This document shows, piece by piece, positions 13,692 through 27,649 of a stretch of DNA of 64,000 nucleotides (positions are counted from its first letter, which is position 1; every line of letters begins with the position of its first letter). The position numbers and the translations under genes are program-made. The stretch is from the human T2T-CHM13v2.0 reference genome, Homo sapiens. Location of the stretch: the NCBI RefSeq assembly GCF_009914755.1, contig NC_060932.1. One strand, given 5' to 3'. The notes beneath the pieces are model-generated. The model was not told the origin of the DNA. It made no database searches and worked only from the letters and a program-made list of their open reading frames with translations.

Positions 13692-15429
13692 TAGTGTTCC
13701 TCAAATATTTTGGTCCAAAATTTCTTTACTGAATACCCAAGAGAGTTTATGATTATATAAGTTGTATCAGTTGAAAATTAGCACATTAAAATTAAAATTA
13801 AGAAATAATTAGTAGTTCCTTTTTTTTTTTTTTTTTTTTGATGGAGTCTTGCTCTGTCACCCAGGCTGGAAGTGCAGTGGCACAATCTCGGATCACTGCA
13901 AGCTCCGCCTCTTGGGTTCACCCCATTCTCCTGCCTCAGCCTCCTGAGTAGCTGAGACTACAGGCGCCCGCCACCACGCCCCACTAATTTTTTTGTATTT
14001 TTAGTAGAGACGGGATTTCACCATGTTAGCCAGGAAGGTCTCAATCTCCTAACGTTGTGATCTGCCCGCCTCGGCCTCCCAAAGTGTTGGGGTTACAGGC
14101 TTGAGCCACAGTAGTTCCTTTTTTGAAAAACACTATATTAATCACATTATAGTTTAACTTGAATTGCATATATTTGTTTATATTTTTCAAAATGTATTTT
14201 TCATGTTTATATTTTTCAAAAACCAATGTATTTCGAGAGAAAAATGGCATTACTTTACTTTTTTAAAAAAGACTGTAAGGCCTGGTATGAAAGTAGACAG
14301 CTTGATTTTCATATTTGCTTCTGCATCAATCTGTTATGAGCTTTCTAAAAATTTAAGTATACAGGAAAAATCTGTTCTTGCACGGATAAGGCATAAGTAG
14401 TTGAGAAAGAAAGTGTACTTTAATAACCTTTTAAGATGATTGTGGATTTTATTCTCTGATAATAAACCAAACTGATAAGTGTTAAGTTTCTTACAGGTGA
14501 GTTTCAATGTGGAGTTTAAAATTCATATAAAATATTCTTTACTGGGTTATGTAAATATCTATTGATCTGTCTTGCACTTTGAGTTGATCTTTTACCCATG
14601 CATGATTTTGTAACATCATGCACTAATTATTTAAAAACATTAGCTCACTGATTTATGCAGACTTTCCAACTGCTAGCATAGTTAATTATAAAACATACAA
14701 AACCCATTTGTTAATATCGCCAATATTTTAATAAGAAAGTCTTTAACTTTTGAAAAACAGCCAATCTCACATTGGGAGATAACAACTTCTCCAAAATTCC
14801 AGTTTTCATTTGTAACCTCATATATTATAATTGACAATACATGATGTCAACTGTTTTATTTGAAGAGACAAATGCACTTAGTTTATTATTGAAAAAATAC
14901 CTGCCATACACTTTTCTGAACATAGATAGTTTGTCTCTCAGTCCTGTATTTCAAGTAAAAATAGTATTTCATGAAAAAAGCAGCTCATCTGCTTGCAACT
15001 CAAACAAGCACAAGTGTTTTGTTTTTGAGGCAAGCATTTTACTTAGGTATGCATCCAAAATGCTTTATATGTCCTCCCATTTTGTCACATAAAATATTAA
15101 AAATAGATGGATTCAACTCAAAATTTGACAAACATAGTACCTTTATTGCCTCATCAAAGGCATTTTAAAGTGAAACAGGCTTTTTGCCTTCAATTGTGTG
15201 ACAATGAAGAGATAAATGTCTACTAGAATAGAAGGTTCCATTGCCTTGATTTGTACTAAAATGCCAACAGTTTTCACTACTGTTTCTTTTGTGTCATTAA
15301 TGCCAGTGTCCACACCTTGCAAAAAGGCAAGTAACAATTATGGTATTATTATATAAATGGTGTAGACATTGAACATCCATCAGGGTCTTGGAGATTCCTG
15401 TGTTCACATGAATACTTAGAAAATTGCTG
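13692..15429 (-). mobile_element. Charlie1-type hAT DNA transposon (Charlie1a-like)
   Basis: Degenerate termini TAGTGTTCCTCAAA and AGAAAATTGCTG. Internal CATATTTGCTTCTGCATCAATCTGTT. Flanks TAGTAGAA/TATTAGAG resemble a decayed 8-bp hAT TSD. Confidence 0.75.
13821..14109 (-). mobile_element. Alu (AluY/Sc-like), slightly 5'-truncated, inside Charlie1
   Basis: TSD AGTAGTTCCT(TTTTT) at 13811 and 14110. Confidence 0.95.
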
Positions 15430-17155
15430 TATTAGAGTGGAATGATAATATTGCTTGCTCTGCCTCTTTTGATACTTGTAAACATTGCCCCATCTTTGTG
15501 TAAGCCATTTTTCACTGGATAGTCTATTAAATGTAGCTGAGCTTAATTACTAACTAATATAGAATTCAGTATCAGAAATAGAATGTTGTTGTATGAGAAT
15601 CTGAAATGTGGTATCAGCTTAGTGGAGGGGATTTAGCTGCCAGAACAGTCTGTCCATTGCCGTCTGAAAAGCCTATGACTGCTCTTCCACACTGACAAAT
15701 GATTTTGTCTAAATATTGCTTGCTTTATCTCTAGACTCAGACCATGAAATGGCCAAGGCTAGAGTCTTAGGCAAAATTATAGGTTACCTTTAGAATGGTG
15801 GTGTGTGCCACTCCCTTCTTGATACAGTCAGCAAAGTCCGACCAATAGAAAGGTAAATATCTTTTACCTTTCATATTCAGACTTTTTCATTGTACCAAGG
15901 TGAGCTATTAATAAATATGTATGGACAAGGAGTATAAGTCGGGATTATATCAAGCAAATGGAATACACACTTCATACAAGAAGAAATAAACTCAAATTAT
16001 AATATGCCACTCTGCAGGACAATATAGGACACATGTCACAACGCTAAGGAATTTGCTGTGTGCTTGTACTATGTATTCTTAGTTCATAGAGTGTTATTTG
16101 GAGCCTGTGTGGTTGAAAATCAAACAACTGCTTTCATGTAGAAAATTTAAACAATCGTAAGGGATCACTGCAAAACAGCCAGTATAGTCAAAGTTAAAAA
16201 TGTGTCCCAAAATCTTTCTCAAAAAATCCAACATTCTTTCAATACTTCTTGCTAGATTTTGGGATTAACTGCACTAAGTAAGTTTGTTTTTCATTTGAGT
16301 TTATTTTTCCAAATGTCCTTATACCATAGAAGAAAAAAATAAAAAGAAGGAATGAACCAAGCAGAAAGGCTCATGGCTAAGGAACAAACCTTATCATGTT
16401 TTAAAATGTATGTTGTGACATCATTGGCCATGATTATTTGCACATAAAATTAACCACAGACAATCATATTGACAGCCTACTCAGATTTTGAGTAATCAAT
16501 ATTTCCAAATAAATGTTAAGCTCAGGTAAATCTAGCAGCAGCCTATTCTAAAGTGATCCTTCTCCAAAAGATTATAGCTGGCAAGGAGTCTCATGGGATG
16601 CAGATTTGATAGAGAGGTTCACAAAATAACCAGAGATTCTGCAATTTGTGTTTCACGCAGTAAATTTAACACAGGTTGTATTTTGGGCTGAAAGGCTTCT
16701 ATCATCTTTAATTTATCACTAATTTATTTTTCTATCAACATGAAACCAAAATCAACCTCCAGGTTATATGGACCCCTAGCTATGCTGACCCTCTGTAAAA
16801 TTTGGCACTCATAGTACCTGCTGTATCTTGATTTCTGTGGATTTATATGGTGAAAAGCCAGCATATACCAATATTTGGTACCAATATCTGGGGTGCCAGA
16901 GTTTCCCAAATAAGCAATTTATTGTTCCTTTGTGTTTTTAAAAATCACCTAACCTGCCCCTCAAAATAACTCTTTTTAGTAAAAAACCTTGTGATTTATA
17001 AGAGCACATTTGCCAAATTTTGTGAAAACTCTGGCATAAACTTGGTAGCACCCCTAATTTAATGCTACACGGTTGAATAAATGAATTAATGTTTACATGC
17101 TCAGTGATCTGACTATATTTAGGTTTGTTCTTCAAGTTTTAGCATTTGAGGATTT

Positions 17156-17298
17156 CCTTTTTTTTTTTTTTTGCTTTTTCCCTGTCGTTCCCCTTCTCTC
17201 TTCTCTTTCTTGTCTCTTTGTTTCCGTCCAATCCTTCTGCTACTTGTTCCTCTCCCCACTCCCTTTTCCTCTTCTTCCTCCTTTTCCTCACTTTTCTT
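17156..17298. repeat. Pyrimidine-rich low-complexity tract
   Basis: Nearly all C/T. Confidence 0.8.
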
Positions 17299-17312
17299 AA
17301 GATCCAGCTATG

Positions 17313-17630
17313 CTTGGCTCTCCATTCCTGAGTTACTTCACTTAAAATAATGGTCTCCAATCCCAAACATCATGTGTGCTCACTCATAAATGGGAGCTGA
17401 GCTATGAGAACACAAAGACATAAGAATGATACAATGGACTTCGGGGACTTGGGGGGAAAGAGTGGAAGGCAAGTGAGGGATAAAAGACTACACATTGGGT
17501 GCAGTGTACACTGCTCGGGTGATGGGTGCACCAAAGTCTCAGAAATCAGCACTCTATCACTTACTCACGTAACAAAACACCACCTATTCCCCCAGAACCT
17601 ATTGAAATAAAAAAATAAAAATTTAAAAAA
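17313..17630 (+). mobile_element. L1PB-like 3' end with short 5' inversion
   Basis: 17366-17630 is the sense 3'UTR with A tail, 17313-17365 is antisense. TSD ATCCAGCTATG at 17302-17312 and 17631-17641. Confidence 0.9.
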
Positions 17631-17839
17631 ATCCAGCTATGGGGATTTTAGGAAGAAAGGCAGGAAAGAACTATCATAAGTGTGGTTTCCAGAATTTAAA
17701 ATATGAAATTAATATTATGAGTTTCTGAGAAATGTATTCCATCCAATTTAGACAGGAAAAAAATATCTCACAGAGGTTACATAACTCTTCTAAGTTATGT
17801 AAACGGTGGCTTTTAAAATTGTATAATAATTATCTAGTG

Positions 17840-18600
17840 ATGCATTTATTCATTTATGCATTAAACACATATATCCTCTATTCCTGGTATCCCAGCCCTG
17901 TTCTAGGTAATAAAAATAAAGGGGCCAAAAAGACCAAATTTCTGCCCTGATCTTGATTAAGCATATTTTCTTGAGAGAGGGGTCAGATTGGAAAAAATGA
18001 AAAATAATACATAAATGAGATTATTTAAAATGCGGTAATGTTGTGAAAAACAAACACAGGCACAACTGAGTAGACTCATTTGATAGTATGAAGTGGAGTA
18101 TGTTGATGGGGCGTGAAGACCAGGGTTTCAACTAGGATGTACATGCTAAAGGTATCTCTGAAAAAGTAATATTTCAGTTGAGCTGGAAAAGTCAGAGAAG
18201 CCCAAATATGAGAAGATTAGGGAAAAGGACATATGAGGCAGAAGGACAGCAATGCAAAGTTTGTAGAGGATCTAGGAGAGTGGTTGGGGTTGATGTCAGA
18301 TCAGAGAGGCAGGCAGGGAGCTAGTGATATTGAGCAGAACACCATTGTCAGAGGTTTAGGTTTTATTTTCTTTGTAACAAGAAATGACTAGACAGTTTTT
18401 TAAGCAAGAGGTAAGAGATGTGATGTGGTTAATACTTAAAAGTTGTCCCTTTTAATTTGTAAAAAGATTTGTAGAGAGAGGACAATTAAGAAGGAAAGTA
18501 TTTTTTTAAATGGCCATCTAAGTGCTCCAGGTTAAAAACAAAACAAAACAAAACAAAAAACAGGGATCTATAGACTGACTTGATAAATGCAGATATATTG
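17840..18600 (-). mobile_element. L2 3' region
   Basis: CATTTATTCATTTATGCA tail, CCCTGTTCTAGG, TTTTAAGCAAGAGG...TGATGTGGT. Confidence 0.65.
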
Positions 18601-19224
18601 AAAGTAGAATCCAGGTCCCATATCCAAGACAAAGAGACTTTTTAAATTTTAAAACTTAAACTGTATGAATAATGGTTATACAAAAAAGATATTAATTAAA
18701 ATACGTTTATGCATATATTTTTAATATAAAAATAATTAAATTCAACCTCATCTGTGAGCCTCTATGTACTGTTGATTTTTTTTTTCACATTTTAGACTAT
18801 ATTCTACTCTCTCAAAATGTTAATTTGTGGGAGGCCAAAATTCTATTTCATTGAAAGAAAAGTAAACATAAATAAAAGATGTTTCTGATTGATAAAAATT
18901 GTATATTAAAATACTGAGACGTGTTTTGATCTGCATTAGTAAGTGGATGCCTTTCATAGAGTTTGAAATAGTGATTTATATTTTCAAGAGCATATGTAAC
19001 TATGTTTCATGAGACAGCATTTTAAAATAGAGATATACTCAGAATAGGCTTTTAAAGCTAAAAACCCAAAGGAGAAATGTATCAGAAAAACAGTTCTTTG
19101 ACTTTACTTCATTACAACCTCCTGAGACTAATCCGTTTTATAATAAATGTAGTCATCGCTTATTTATCATAGTAACACAATTTAAAAAACAAATGAAAGC
19201 CAATCTTGTCTTCTATTGAAGCAG

Positions 19225-20085
19225 TCTTGGACATTCTTCTGGGAAATGGCTGCTTATATTTTGCATCCATTTTATAATTGAAATGTTTTTTTTATTTGTT
19301 TTGTTTTGTTTTTACTGTTGGGTTTTGAGAATATTTTTAAATTGGATGAGATACTACAGATATGTGGTTTGCAAATATTTTCTCCCAGTCTGTAGTTTGT
19401 CTTTTTCTCTTCCAAATAAGCTGTTTCACGGAGCTAACATTTTTTTCATTTTGATGAAATTAATTCATCGGTTTTTTTTCTTCTATGGATCATGAGTTTG
19501 GTGTTGTCTAAGAACTTTTTGAGGATTTTCTCCACATGTTTTTCTAAAAGTTTTAGTTTCATGTTGTAAATTTAGTTCTGTAGTTCATTTTGACTTAATT
19601 CTTGAGTAGGCTTTAAAGTTTAGTCGATGCTCAGTTTTGCCTGGGAAATGTGGAAGTCTAAGGCTCCCCTGGGCCTTTGTTGATATGAGTGACGGTGGGT
19701 ACAATTATTTCAGTGGTGTTTGGCTGGACTAGCAAGGTTGTTATCTGAAACTTTTCTGTCTTGCTAGACTGCCTTCCCTGGTCCTCTAGCTGAAGAGAAC
19801 AGGCTTTTTCTCGTTCTTTCCTCCTTTTGTGTGTGCCTTTGGTGTTTCTGGGTGGCTAGCTTCTTCAGCTCCAAGTCTCAAACATGTAAGGTAAAAAGCA
19901 ATACCAGGGCACTCTCCACTGTGCCACTTCTTGAGTCCCCAATCCCTAGCTGCTGTATCTTTGTCTCTCTAACTTTGGAATTAATGTTTATTTTAAATAT
20001 GATATCCAGGGTTTTTAGTTGCACTTAACAGGAGGAATAGACAACATTACATTTCCTCCAAATTCACAGAAGGAGAAGTCTTAGC
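19225..20085 (-). mobile_element. Old L1 fragments (L1M)
   Basis: GATATGTGGTTTGCAAATATTTTCTCCCAGTCTGT is antisense L1 ORF2 3' region. L1MC/MD-like text follows from about 19650. Confidence 0.7.
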
Positions 20086-20519
20086 CACAGATTTTTATGA
20101 TATTTTCTGGAAATAACCTTTATAATATTCAAGGAGACTCAAACTTCATTATATTTAAAGAGAATAATAAAATGTATAGCACTTAAAATTTAAAAAAAAA
20201 TAATATTATGGTCATGACCTGTGAATGTAGGGGAGTAAGGTAAAGCTTTTCTTATTTTCAATCATCCCACATCCTTAGGGCAAAATAAACAATGGCAAGA
20301 TTTAGAAGAATATTCCCATTAACAGACCCACAGATGATTAGTTTTCCTTCTCTGATCTAATATTTCTCTTCTCTTCCACAGCCTCCCTTTCTACCTCCCT
20401 ACGACCCCTCAACTTCTGAATATTTTCTCTTGATATGATTCTATCGGGTTTCATTCTGTGTCAATGAATGTAGATAACACTTATTCGTGTTTAAAGTAAT
20501 ACTTGTGATTTATTTTGTG

Positions 20520-20985
20520 TGTAACCCTGTTTCTATGTGGTTCAAAAGGAGCCAGTCCTACCTGCCCCATCTCCAACTACAGGAATGTCCCCAGCCACTT
20601 AATCAGGGTCTTCATTCTGTCTCTCAACAGTGATTGATTCCAAAATAGACCCTTGATCCAATTAGATCCCATCCCAGAGTTTTTCTGCTTGAATTATCAG
20701 GGAAGGAAGGCTTTGTCCACTCGGATTGTTACACTGGAAAAATGTGAGTCCTAGCTTGCCATTCACTGTTTTGTCTGACATATGGAGGTAGTCTGCCCAA
20801 ACAAAATCAAGCTCAGCTAAACAGAATTCAGAGAAGTAGAAAGAAACAAAACCCCTGCTTGCTATTTTAGCTACTGGATTTCATTTTTCTGGGAGCCAGC
20901 AGCCAGACTTAGGTCTCTCAGATTATAAATTACCTTTTCCCCTTAATAAATGTTCAGATATATGTAACTGAAAGTCTTATGATTT
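20520..20985 (+). mobile_element. Old MLT1-like LTR
   Basis: CAGTGATTGATTCC...GATCCAATTAGA...ATAAATTACCTTTT...TGTAACTGAAAGTC; heavily diverged. Confidence 0.5.
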
Positions 20986-21173
20986 CTATAACTTAGTTTC
21001 TTCCTTTATTTAAATAAATTGTTGCTACATTTAATGAATACTAAGGGATAGTGATGTTCTAAAAGATAAAAATAGAAGAATAAGCAAGGTTCTGCCTTAA
21101 TAAGCTTGTAGTCTAGTAGGGGAGTGCTTGCCAACAATTTTCAAATCAGGGACATGAAGAAAATATTATTTTT

Positions 21174-21470
21174 GACCAGGCGCGGTAGCTCACACCTGTA
21201 ATTCCAGCACTCTGGGAGGCCGAGGTGGGTGGATCACTTGAGGCCAGGAGTTCAAGACGAGCCTGGCCAACATGGTGAAACCTCATATCTGCTAACAATA
21301 CAAAAGTTAGTTGGGCTTCGTGGTGGGAGCCTGTAATCCCAGCTACTTGGGATGCTGAGGTCAAAGTATCACTTGAATGCAGGAGGCAGAGGCTTCAGTG
21401 AGCTGAGATAGCTCTTCTGCACTTCAGCCTGGATGACAGAGTGAGACTCTGTCTCAAAAAGAAAAAAAAA
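21174..21470 (+). mobile_element. Alu (AluS/J-like)
   Basis: Full dimer with A tail. Confidence 0.95.
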
Positions 21471-21649
21471 TATATATTTTTTTGTGTAAAGCTGGAGCAA
21501 ATGCTGATCTTCCATATTGCATGATTTTAAAGAGAACCAATCCTATCACATACGAAGAGGTACCCCAGTAGAGTACAAAGGGTACAAAGGCGGCAGTGTG
21601 CCTTGAGTAGGAGACAAGAGGAGTAAATGTGCACAGAATTTCACCCTTA

Positions 21650-23740
21650 CTTTATTATTAAATAAAAATTTTAATGAAGTCTAATACACACACGTGTGTG
21701 TGTGTGTAGGTGTATGTGTGTAAGAGACAGACACAGAGAGAGAGAGAGATGCAAAGATCTTAAATGTAAAATTATGTGTTTTCCAAAGCAAATGTACCCA
21801 TATAATCACCCCCTAGATTTAACAACACATTTTAGGTGAGACTTACTGATGCTGTTGAATGTGGTAGCAGTTCATTTATTTAAGATACTGTATAATGTTC
21901 TAAGGTATAAATGTTTACTCGATTCTGCTATTGATAGGATATATTGTACCTAATTTATTTCCCTTTATTTTTCATGTTTCTATCTAAAATCCACTTGGAA
22001 TAACTTTTGTTTAAAGTATACAGTAGGAGCCAAGATTTTTTTTTCCATATAAGTATCAATTGATTCAGCATCATTCATTGAAGGAATATCTATCCCCATT
22101 TGTGTATATTTACCTGTACTAATTTCAAATGTCGCATAAGAGTAGGTTTATTTCTGAACTCTTCTTTCTTTTCCATTAATCTATGTGTCTCTCTGAATGC
22201 CAATACCAAATTGTCTTAATTACTGTGGCGGTGTTTGGTGGTGTGTGCCAATTGGCTCTATTCTTCACAATTGTTTTTGCTTGCTTGGCCCTTTGATTTT
22301 ATAGTTCACTGTTTAAATGAAACTTCATTGAGTTGATAGGTCAAATTAAGGAAAACTGAACCTTTAAAATACTGAGCCCTCTCATTCATAAATGTAAAAA
22401 TTCTTCCATTCTTGCAGGTTGTAATTTATTTTAATAGTAATAAGTAGTTTTGTGCACAGAGGTCTTGTTGCTCCTTTGAAAGTAACATGTAGCAAAACAA
22501 AACAAAAAAACAGGAAACATTGGCTCCTTTGAAAACATTCTCATTTCTTCAGTTTTTAGCAGTTTTGCTGTGATCCCTGTCATGTTTTCCTTTTACCTAT
22601 CCTGCTTAGTGTTTTTAAACTTCTTGTGTCTGTGCTTTGATATCTTTCATTAGATTTTGAGAGCTCTCTAATCTTATATCTTTAAATATTTCTTCTCTCC
22701 TTTTATCTCTCTTCCCTTATTCAGAAACACCAATTACAAATATGGCAGACCATTGGCTAGGTCTCATATGTCTCTTACATTTTTTTGTCTGAATTTTTAC
22801 TTTTTATTTTCTTTCCATATCTTAGTCTTGATATACTGACCTATTGGTCAGTTCATTAAGTATCTCCACAGTGGCATTAATTTATGTTAATCTCATATAT
22901 TGAGTTCTTAATTTTGATTATTTTATTTTACATTCTAGAATTTCAGTGTATTTCTGTCTTCCATTGATTTATATTTTCTGTTGACATTGCCCATCAAATC
23001 ATCTATTCTCTTGAACATACTACATTTTTTCTTTCTCTGTCTGATAAAAATATTTTATTCTCCTGAGGATTTTTTTTTCTAATGTCAACTTTTTTCCTCT
23101 TAATTTTAGATTTTTTTGGTTTCTGTATGCCTGCTGTTTTCTATTAAATGTCATGAAATACTTTAGAAACTATTTGAGGCTCTGAGTGGTGTTATATTCC
23201 TACACTTAGAATTTATTTTTATTTTTTTTCATATAGTTGAGGTAGGCGTAGATCATCTTAATCCAGTCTGAGGTTTATCAGACTTGAAGCTGGGATTCAG
23301 TCTTTTTATAAGTGCTTTTTAATTTTCATATCATGCTTTCTTTACATAAGCAGCTTTTGAAAGGTTGCACATTTACTAAGGTTTCTTTCGTAGAAGATTC
23401 TGTCCTTCAAAATGTATCTTGGCAGAATATTAAATTACTGTTAGATTATTGAATATTATTCTTAGATTTTCAGGCTTTTACATAATTCTGCTCTACTTTT
23501 CAACTTCTCGGCTACTGCTAAGGAATTAGTAAATTTCCACTTGGAAAACTGGTACACATTGGATTATCTTCCTATGCTTCCCTTCTTTTTAGACCTTTTT
23601 TCTTTCCAATCTTACAGGCTTAGTTGCTCTAGGGTGGCTTCGAACTCATGCTTTTTAAAAACTTCACCTAGTTTATCAAGTTGTTCTTGTGAATATTAAG
23701 ATGATACTATCCAGTTCTTCATGACTAAAAGCAGAATTCT
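21650..23740 (-). mobile_element. Highly diverged L1ME-like fragments, with TG/AG microsatellite near 21685-21750
   Basis: T-rich antisense L1-like text such as CAATTGATTCAGCATCATTCATTGAA and CCAATACCAAATTGTCTTAATTACTGT. Confidence 0.6.
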
Positions 23741-26700
23741 TCACCTCTTTTTATTTTAACTCTTGTTATTATAGTTGTCCCAGAGTTATCATCTGTCATG
23801 GTAAAACTTTAAAATTCAGTGGTTACAAAAGGACATTTTCTTTATATCTGGCACCAATTCTGGCATATAGGTGTCTAGTGATCATGAAAGGATGCTATTT
23901 TCCAGATGATTTTATAAACAGTTCTGTAGTGCCTCTGTTCCTCTAGAAATGGATAAAGGGATTATATTTCCATTAATATTTGGAACTGATGTGAATCATA
24001 GTGAAATGTTTTAAAATTAGTATTCATTCTTTGTGCTCGGTGCCATTTTCTACCTTCTTGTATATTTTTAATTAAAAAGCCCATTCCAATATAATTGACA
24101 CAGTTTGTCCATTGCATTGCAGTGTTCTATTTATTAGGAGATACCATCTCTGCAATAATTGTTTTCTACTGTGCAACTGTTTTTCTTAATAAAATGGAAA
24201 CTATAAAATTGTAGCACATACCATTTCCCTTTCTGAAGGGACTACTAGTAAGGTTAGAACTTAATATGTTGCCAGATTCTAACAAGTTTATAGAAAACTT
24301 TGAAAATATTTTGTAGACTACACACCTCTGATTTTTATTTATTTTTTACTATTTTTTATTATAATTTCTTTATGTTTAATATTTCTGTTCAATAGTACAG
24401 GGATTTTCTTTATTTCTGTCTGTTTTGGGTTTTTTTTGTAAGCTAAACCTTTAAAATGTTGATAAGGCAATATAAACTAAATAAAAAAAATATTTTTATC
24501 TCCCAAAATTAAATTGTAAATATTCAAAGATTAAGACATTATTTTATATATTTTGAATATAGCTACACCAAAAGAGAGTGTTTTAAACAAAATGTATGCC
24601 TAATAATGGAATTCACTCATATAATTTTCTCTATACTGTATTTAACTTTGGGCTTTTCAAAGATTAGGTGTTTAAAAATGTTAAATAAATTAACCACTAT
24701 TTATTAAGTAATAATAAATTAAGGGAACTCGAAGTACAATTAGATACACCAAACTCACTGATATTTCAGGACAGAGACTAAACATACTTAATACACAGGA
24801 AATTAATATAATTTTCTTCCAAATTGAATAAATTGATTATCTTTTTAGTACTCAACCATGTAGAAACCTGATGGACTAAAAACATTTGCTCTATTTTTAA
24901 ACAGGCAGACTCTTTTGATCCATGTCTTGCAGAACATAAAATTTGGATGACAATCATGAAAGCCCTCCATGTTCCCAGGTCAGGCAATAGAGTGTAATAA
25001 GCTGACTTCGCACTCACAGACCTGAATCTTAGTGCTTAACAGTATTTCTCTGACACTGTCAAGTCATTTAACTACTCTGTGCTTCAGTGTCCTCAGTGAC
25101 AAATTCACAGAGAAACTAAACTCATAATAGTATTTTTTTTAGAAGCTTAACAGGTATTATGGGCAACATGAGTTTCTGAGGGGAGAGCAAGACTGAGATT
25201 CCCTGGCTTTTGGTTTTCAGTCAGGTGCATCGTTCCACAGTTGGTGAAAGATCTTGGATTATATTAGTGTACAAGTTCAGAGATACAGAAGTATTTCAAT
25301 TCAACAAATATTTTATGTGACTTTCATGGGCAGGATGCTATTCTGGATGCTAAAAACCGCAAAAAAAATATGTAAAAGTATTTCAGCTTAAAGAAATGAT
25401 ACACAAAAAGTGAAGAAACATGAAATAGCATGGGGTGTTTCAGTAACAGCTAAGAAGTCGGTGTGTCAGCCCCAGGGGTAAGGGAAAAGTAGAAAATCTT
25501 ATGGCTTGAAAATCTGTCACGGTCCAGGTCACAAAAGGCCACTTCTGCCATGTTCCTGAGGTTGAATTTAATCTTGTGAAGAAGGAAGGGTCTTTGTAGG
25601 ATTTTTAGAACAAGAGAGATGTGGGAAGATTTATCGTGCCACTCACCAAGAGCAAGTCTAGTCTTAGGCCTCCGCCACATACTGAAATAGGAGAACTTCC
25701 AGCAAGGAGACAGACCCTGTCTATGGGTGGCAGTGTCCCTCATGCCCAATGGCCTGGAAGAAAATAGTCATAATAACCCATTCAGCCATCAACAAACACA
25801 TTTTGTGGTACTATGTGGTAGATTATTCTGTGCTTAACTTTTTGGAATGCATGCTCCAAGGCAGAGAGACGTGGAAGCACTAAATTGTTTACTACTTTTA
25901 AAAGTCTGAAATTGTCCCCATGGCTATGCCTTTGTTTTAACTTGCATCTTCATATATAATTTTAAAAATATAATTAAATCATAACATCAGTCTCTTCATT
26001 ATTCTACTCTGTGTGGTCTGTGTTAAAAAACAAATTGTTTTTACTTATGTCTATGCCAGCTTTTCTAAATCTATGGTTTTGTTCAAGCCATTGTTTTGCT
26101 TGGAAGTTCTTCCACATTCTATGTAGTTCTTGAAATTCTATCCTGTTTTTCATGTCCTCTCTTTAACCAAGTGCACCTCTCCTGCACTGTACTATCATAG
26201 CATGGTATTTATTTATGCTCTCCTGATGACATTTGTTGCATGTATTCTTAAATTATTGCTTTTGTGAGTTCAAATTATTTGAATGGATGATGACAATAAT
26301 GCCTATTATGAACATCTACCATATGCCACTCATTTGCAAAGTTAATAACCTATAATATTTCTAACCTTTACAATGTCTCTCTGAGATAAGTATCATGGGC
26401 CCCATTTGCTTATGGTGACCACGAAATGCAGAGATAGTTCAGTAACCTCCTAATTTCACACAGTAAGTGGCAAAAACAATGTTTTATGTGCATATCTGAC
26501 TTTAACGTTCATTGCAATGTATAAGGTCATTTTAAATTTACTTTCTCTTTCTGCTAGATTATTTATTCGTTGGAATCAGGGATAGAGGCTTATTCATTTG
26601 CACATATCTTCTAAGTTGTAGTCATGACACTGTTTTTCAACATGAAGCTGGACACTGTGCTATGCATTTTTATATGTTATTTCAAGTACTACTGGCAAGA

Positions 26701-26749
26701 ACTCTGTGAGACAGGTGTTATTATCACTGTTATTTAAACTCAGATATGT

Positions 26750-26950
26750 TAGAATATGCAGTCTTCGGTTTTCTGTTTCTGCATTAATTCGCTAAGGATA
26801 ATAACCTTCCAGCTGCAAAAGAAGTTTGCTGCAAAGGATATGATTTTGTCCTTTTTTTATGGCTGTGTAGTATTCCACAGTGTGTATGTGCCACATTTTC
26901 TTTATCCATTCCAGCACTGATGTGCCCCTAGTACCTAAAATAAAAGTTGA
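26750..26950 (-). mobile_element. L1PA 3'UTR fragment followed by a short sense terminal piece
   Basis: TTTATGGCTGTGTAGTATTCCA...CACATTTTCTTTATCCA is antisense, then CCCCTAGTACCTAAAATAAAAGTTG is sense. Confidence 0.75.
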
Positions 26951-27649
26951 GACCGAAGAAGCATACCAAACTTACTTCCATCAGCAGTGAGAGTATTTCA
27001 TGATTCTCTTCTCATCTCTGGCATTAGCACACTTAAATATATTTGCCCCAAAGTATCACTAGTGATGTCACATTGCTTCAATTCAAACTTCTTTGATTAT
27101 TAATGAGGATACATATTTTTCCTGTTTCTTAGCATTTAAAACATCTAGGTTCTGAGAACTAATATGTCCTTTGCATGTGTTTTACTCTTCATATTGGTTT
27201 ATTTAAATTCCTTAAGATTAATAATTTCAATATTTTATCTGCCATATTTGCCACAAATGTTTTGTTTTTTGTGTTTTTTTTTGAAATGCAGAGATTCTAA
27301 TATTTTTTGTGTGATATTTTAAAATTTTGCCTATGTGTGAAGTCTTTCCCCACCCCCAAATCAAATTTGTCTGATTCAGTTTCACTTGTGCAATATAAAT
27401 AAATTCTGTCAATCCACTGGAGCACACACAACATATATGAAGTAATAAAATCATTTTAATTTTGGGAAAAAACCTTCAGTTATGAAAACTGAGACAGAGA
27501 TGTAAAGTGATAGGTAACTCGTAATGAATTTTATAGCAAATAAATGGCAGAGGTTGGATTTGAAGCAGGAAGAAAAAATAAGAAACGTAGAAAGCACAAG
27601 CTGTGTGTTGGGTACTGGCGTAGACATGGTGGCTGATAAGAAGCAGAGC

